DNA of 7,901 nt from the NCBI GenBank assembly GCA_032249095.1, contig JAVVGN010000080.1, positions 1 through 7,901 on the forward strand, in the 5' to 3' direction. This stretch comes from Candidatus Caldarchaeales archaeon (GTDB lineage Archaea; Thermoproteota; Nitrososphaeria_A; Caldarchaeales; Calditenuaceae). The notes below the pieces were generated by a model. It was not told where the DNA came from. It saw only the letters and a list, made by a program, of their open reading frames with translations, and ran no database searches. Within the stretch, counting starts at the first letter, position 1. The number at the start of each line of letters is the position of its first letter. The translations under genes were made by a program, and so were the position numbers. This document shows, in pieces, positions 5,451 to 7,901 of the stretch.

Positions 5451-6632
5451 ATGATGGATCCCATCTCAATAGCCGCGGCCATCGTAGGCTTCTTGCTAAC
5501 AGCCGGCTCGGCGGCCTGGGCGTGGATCGCTGTGCGGTCAAGGGCGACCTACAGCCTGCTCGAGAATCTAGGAAGAAGGTGTGTCCAGCCCTCTGGGCTT
5601 GTCTCGGTGATAATTCCTGGGCGGAACGTCGAGAGGTGGGTGAGGGGCTGCCTCGGGTCGGTGCTCAGCCAGAAAAACGTCTTGACGGAGGTGATCTTCG
5701 TCGACGACTCGTCGAGCGACGGGACGGGACGCATAGTCCAGTCGGAGTTTGTTGGCCATGGTGTCCGGTACCTTAGGCTTGAGGAGGTGCCCGAGGGCTG
5801 GAGGGGAAAGACGTGGGCGGTCAGCAAGGGGTATGAGTCATCGAGAGGGGACCTCCTGCTATTCCTCGACGCCGACACGCGGCTTCAGGACGATTTCGTC
5901 GTAGCAGACTCGGTCGCCACACTCTTGGAGAGGGGTTTGGACGCGCTCTCGCTTATGCCCCGTCTGGACCGCTCAGGTATATCCTCCAGGATTATGCTGC
6001 CGCTTCTGTGGAACATATTCCTAGCCCTCTTCCCACCCACGAGGGGTAACGATCCCAGAGACCCCTTCGCCGTCCTGTTCGGAGCGTTCATCCTCGTGCG
6101 TCGGGAGGCCTATGAGAGGGTCGGAGGCCACTACGCCGTGAGGGACAGGTTGCTGGAGGACAGGGCCCTCGCCCAGCTGCTCAAGGGCCGGGGCCTCAGG
6201 ATAATGGTGCTGAGGGCCTCTCAGCGGGTGACCGCTGAGTACGCTGGGAGCCTAGCCGGCTACTTCAACGCGATACAGAGGATAGCCGCCGACTTTGCCG
6301 CCACGAGGGACGCGGGGAGGCTTCCAATCTACACGGCTGGATCCATCCTCTTCCTCCTTCTCCCACAATCAACCCTCCTTCTCTCCCTAATCCTGGCAAA
6401 CACCCCCCTCCTCCTACTCAGCCTAGTAAACATAGGGGCGAACCTGGCGGCCAACCTCTTGGAGATGCTTAGGGATGATGCGCGGAGGGACTTGGTCTAT
6501 CTGCCTCTGACGCTGCTGGCGAACTGGGTTCTCGCCGCAGCTCTCCTGAAGTCGTGCCTAGCGTTGAGGAGGGGTGGTGTTACCCTCACTTGGCGCGGGA
6601 GACGGCTAACCATCGGGCTTCCTCAAGTATAG
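5451..6632 (+). CDS. Membrane-anchored family 2 glycosyltransferase (GT-A fold)
   Basis: This is a 393-aa ORF with an N-terminal TM helix (ISIAAAIVGFLLTAGSAAWAWIAV). VSVIIPGRNVERWVRGCLGSVLSQ and FVDDSSSDGT are typical GT2 nucleotide-sugar binding motifs, and LLLFLDADTRL is the DxD motif. The C-terminal hydrophobic helices (ILFLLLPQSTLLLSLIL, LLANWVLAAALL) suggest a lipid or polyprenol-linked acceptor. Confidence 0.9.
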   Translation: MMDPISIAAAIVGFLLTAGSAAWAWIAVRSRATYSLLENLGRRCVQPSGLVSVIIPGRNVERWVRGCLGSVLSQKNVLTEVIFVDDSSSDGTGRIVQSEFVGHGVRYLRLEEVPEGWRGKTWAVSKGYESSRGDLLLFLDADTRLQDDFVVADSVATLLERGLDALSLMPRLDRSGISSRIMLPLLWNIFLALFPPTRGNDPRDPFAVLFGAFILVRREAYERVGGHYAVRDRLLEDRALAQLLKGRGLRIMVLRASQRVTAEYAGSLAGYFNAIQRIAADFAATRDAGRLPIYTAGSILFLLLPQSTLLLSLILANTPLLLLSLVNIGANLAANLLEMLRDDARRDLVYLPLTLLANWVLAAALLKSCLALRRGGVTLTWRGRRLTIGLPQV

Positions 6633-7772
6633 TATGCTCTCCCTGGCCGCCCCTATTCTGCGCGTCCTCCCGCTTGTCGCAACCCTTTTCCCCACCACCC
6701 TGATCTTCTCCACCTCGAACCCGACCTCCGACGCGATCTCTGCGAGGACGGTGTCGCTCTCAACGACAATCTCGGGATATACTCCGCCTGCGACGACTAT
6801 TGCGGCCTTGCCGCCGGGCCTCAGGACGCGTAACATCTCGCGGAGAGACGCCTCCATGTCCCTGAAGTATAGCAACGCCGAGTCTGGGAGGCCTTCGCGG
6901 CCGGGGATCGGCATGGGCGGCCGCTTAGCCGTCAAGCCTATGTATGACCTCACGAGGTCCCCGGTCTTCTTCCCGAAAAAAAGCTCGAGCTCCACGGCGT
7001 AGACCTGGGTGTACTCTATCTTGTTTAGGTAGGGCGGTGAGGTGATTATGTGGTCGACGGATCCGTCCTCAATCATGTCAAGCTGTCTGGCATCTCCGAG
7101 GACTATCGTCGCAGGCTCAGACTTGTAGGACATCTTCCTCAAGTCGTCTATCATGGCTCGCGCGGTCCTCCTGAAGCAAAGCCGTAGGGGCGGAACAGGT
7201 CTCCTTACCAGCTTGAGCACTCCGCCCTCGCGATAGATGTAGGAAGCCCTGTTGGACGCGCATATCAGCGCCATGAGTAGAAATGTCCTGGCGTCGGAGG
7301 GCTCCATGGACTCGATCACTTCTTTGAGGCTCAGCAACTCCAAGAGGTTTGCTCGTGGAAAAGCCTTCATGACGAGGCTGCTCAGCCCCTCGGGCGCGAC
7401 CTTTGGAGCCCCCGCGGCGAGGCACCTATTCAGCGCGTCTGAAAGCTCTTCCGGGTCGTAGATCCTTGTCTTGCCGTAGGACACGAAAACCGCGAGGGGT
7501 GAGGCATCCACCCCCACACCCCTATACCCGGCCTCCATACACGCGAGAGGCGTCGTCCCAGACCCCACGAAAGGGTCGAGGACAACCTCGCCCTCTCGGG
7601 CTCCAAGCTCCTTCAGGAGCATTAGGACCAGCTCCCTCGAGAATCCCTCCTTGAAGTAGAACCACCTATGGACAGGCAGGCCCTTGTTAGGCATGAAGGT
7701 CGCCAGCCTCCAGAGGTCGTACCTCTCTTCGACTGGAAACGCCCTGCCGAGCAACCCCAACACGTTATACAT
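6606..7772 (-). CDS. SAM-dependent DNA methyltransferase with an SPPY catalytic motif, predicted N4-cytosine or N6-adenine
   Basis: Motif I, VLDPFVGSGTTPLAC, follows HRWFYFKEGFS. About 170 aa downstream comes motif IV, DHIITSPPY, and then LRVLRPGGKAAIVV. I chose ATG 7772 (MYNVLGLL...) as the start because GGAGG at 7781-7777 precedes it. The ORF track extends to GTG 7865, which cannot be excluded. The stop is TAG at 6608-6606. Confidence 0.85.
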   Translation of the reverse strand: MYNVLGLLGRAFPVEERYDLWRLATFMPNKGLPVHRWFYFKEGFSRELVLMLLKELGAREGEVVLDPFVGSGTTPLACMEAGYRGVGVDASPLAVFVSYGKTRIYDPEELSDALNRCLAAGAPKVAPEGLSSLVMKAFPRANLLELLSLKEVIESMEPSDARTFLLMALICASNRASYIYREGGVLKLVRRPVPPLRLCFRRTARAMIDDLRKMSYKSEPATIVLGDARQLDMIEDGSVDHIITSPPYLNKIEYTQVYAVELELFFGKKTGDLVRSYIGLTAKRPPMPIPGREGLPDSALLYFRDMEASLREMLRVLRPGGKAAIVVAGGVYPEIVVESDTVLAEIASEVGFEVEKIRVVGKRVATSGRTRRIGAARESILYLRKPDG

Positions 7773-7796
7773 ACACCCTCCGTTAAAAATCGAGTC

Positions 7797-7829
7797 GGCG
7801 GCCAGCCGCCCATGGGGTCTTGACCCCAT
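7797..7829. repeat. Two adjacent perfect GC-rich palindromes upstream of the methyltransferase ATG
   Basis: GGCGGC-CA-GCCGCC lies at 7797-7810 and ATGGGGTC-TT-GACCCCAT at 7812-7829. Both are perfect and they are 1 nt apart. They sit 25-57 nt upstream of ATG 7772 on the methyltransferase's sense strand. Confidence 0.8.
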
Positions 7830-7876
7830 CGGCTGTGCGGTGGTAGACGGATACCCATGTATCACTAAGCGACAAT

Positions 7877-7898
7877 CTATAACTTTTTTACTTATAAG
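7877..7898 (-). promoter_or_regulatory. Candidate methyltransferase promoter TATA elements
   Basis: The minus strand reads CTTATAAG-TAAAAAAGTTATAG. The palindromic TTATAA (7892-7897) is about 30 nt upstream of GTG 7865. The second A/T block (7877-7890) would place a transcription start near 7857, giving a roughly 85-nt leader to ATG 7772. Confidence 0.3.
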
Positions 7899-7901
7899 AA
7901 A

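Noticed and set aside
5372-5878. ORFs overlapping the 5' part of the GT2 gene (5372-5776 plus strand; 5549-5878 and 5568-5759 minus strand)
   Set aside because: They are out of frame or antisense to a GT2 ORF with clear family motifs. Their sequences are arginine/glycine-rich and low in complexity, typical of GC-rich shadow frames.
110-6480. TGATGA-like C-box matches (about 112, 548, 863, 5449, 6472) screened as C/D-box sRNA candidates
   Set aside because: All lie inside coding regions. None has a correctly spaced CTGA D/D' box or a second C' box.
6634-7654. Plus-strand ORFs antisense to the methyltransferase gene (6634-7002, 7252-7461, 7403-7654), plus the minus-strand alternate-frame ORFs 7117-7425 and 7622-7858
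   Set aside because: They are S/T/P/R-rich, low in complexity and without motifs. They are fully embedded in a methyltransferase ORF that carries motifs I and IV.
5451-7772. The idea that the adjacent GT2 and methyltransferase genes form a DNA glycosylation/hypermodification system
   Set aside because: The GT2 protein has an N-terminal TM anchor and several C-terminal TM helices, so it is built for a membrane lipid or polyprenol acceptor rather than DNA. The genes are convergent and not co-transcribed.
934-7815. CCATGG and other palindromic 6- to 10-mers (for example CTCCATGGAG 1203-1212, CGAGCTCG 1534-1541), considered as possible methyltransferase target sites or evidence of restriction-site avoidance
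   Set aside because: I found about six CCATGG sites, against roughly two to three expected from composition. This is neither avoidance nor convincing enrichment in 7.9 kb. Nothing in the sequence links them to the methyltransferase.
1-7901. CRISPR arrays, tRNA or rRNA genes, and cas or defence-island genes
   Set aside because: I saw no regularly spaced direct repeats, no tRNA-like cloverleaf and no recognisable defence-protein motifs on either strand.

Overview
This window looks like chromosomal DNA from a hyperthermophilic crenarchaeon, possibly Desulfurococcales- or Acidilobales-like. The evidence is a group II chaperonin and RpoK, AGG/ATA/GAG-rich codon usage, GGAGGTGA-type Shine-Dalgarno (SD) motifs, and TATA boxes about 25-30 nt upstream of start codons. 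Positions 1916-7865 hold ordinary housekeeping or accessory genes: a thermosome subunit, rpoK 10 nt behind it, a DUF763-like protein, a DUF59/MIP18-type Fe-S assembly protein, a membrane GT2 glycosyltransferase, and an SPPY-motif DNA methyltransferase. The left 1.9 kb is the unusual part. By eye it is lower in G+C. It carries an unknown ORF and a compact, apparently decaying IS110-family (DEDD) recombinase-like gene. After that gene comes about 430 bp with no convincing ORF (1140-1568). This stretch contains nested stem-loops ending in a polypyrimidine/oligo-T tract, then a 189-bp unit bounded by a 20/23-matching inverted repeat. A 51-aa ribbon-helix-helix (RHH) gene lies at 1569-1724 on the minus strand. 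It is absent from the ORF track and is transcribed divergently from the thermosome gene. The best candidate for something undescribed is the IS110-like gene together with its structured 3' flank, which could be an archaeal bridge/guide-RNA-like module or its relic. This rests on motifs recalled from memory and hand-found pairings, and it needs computational confirmation. All family assignments are from motif recognition by eye, not from searches.
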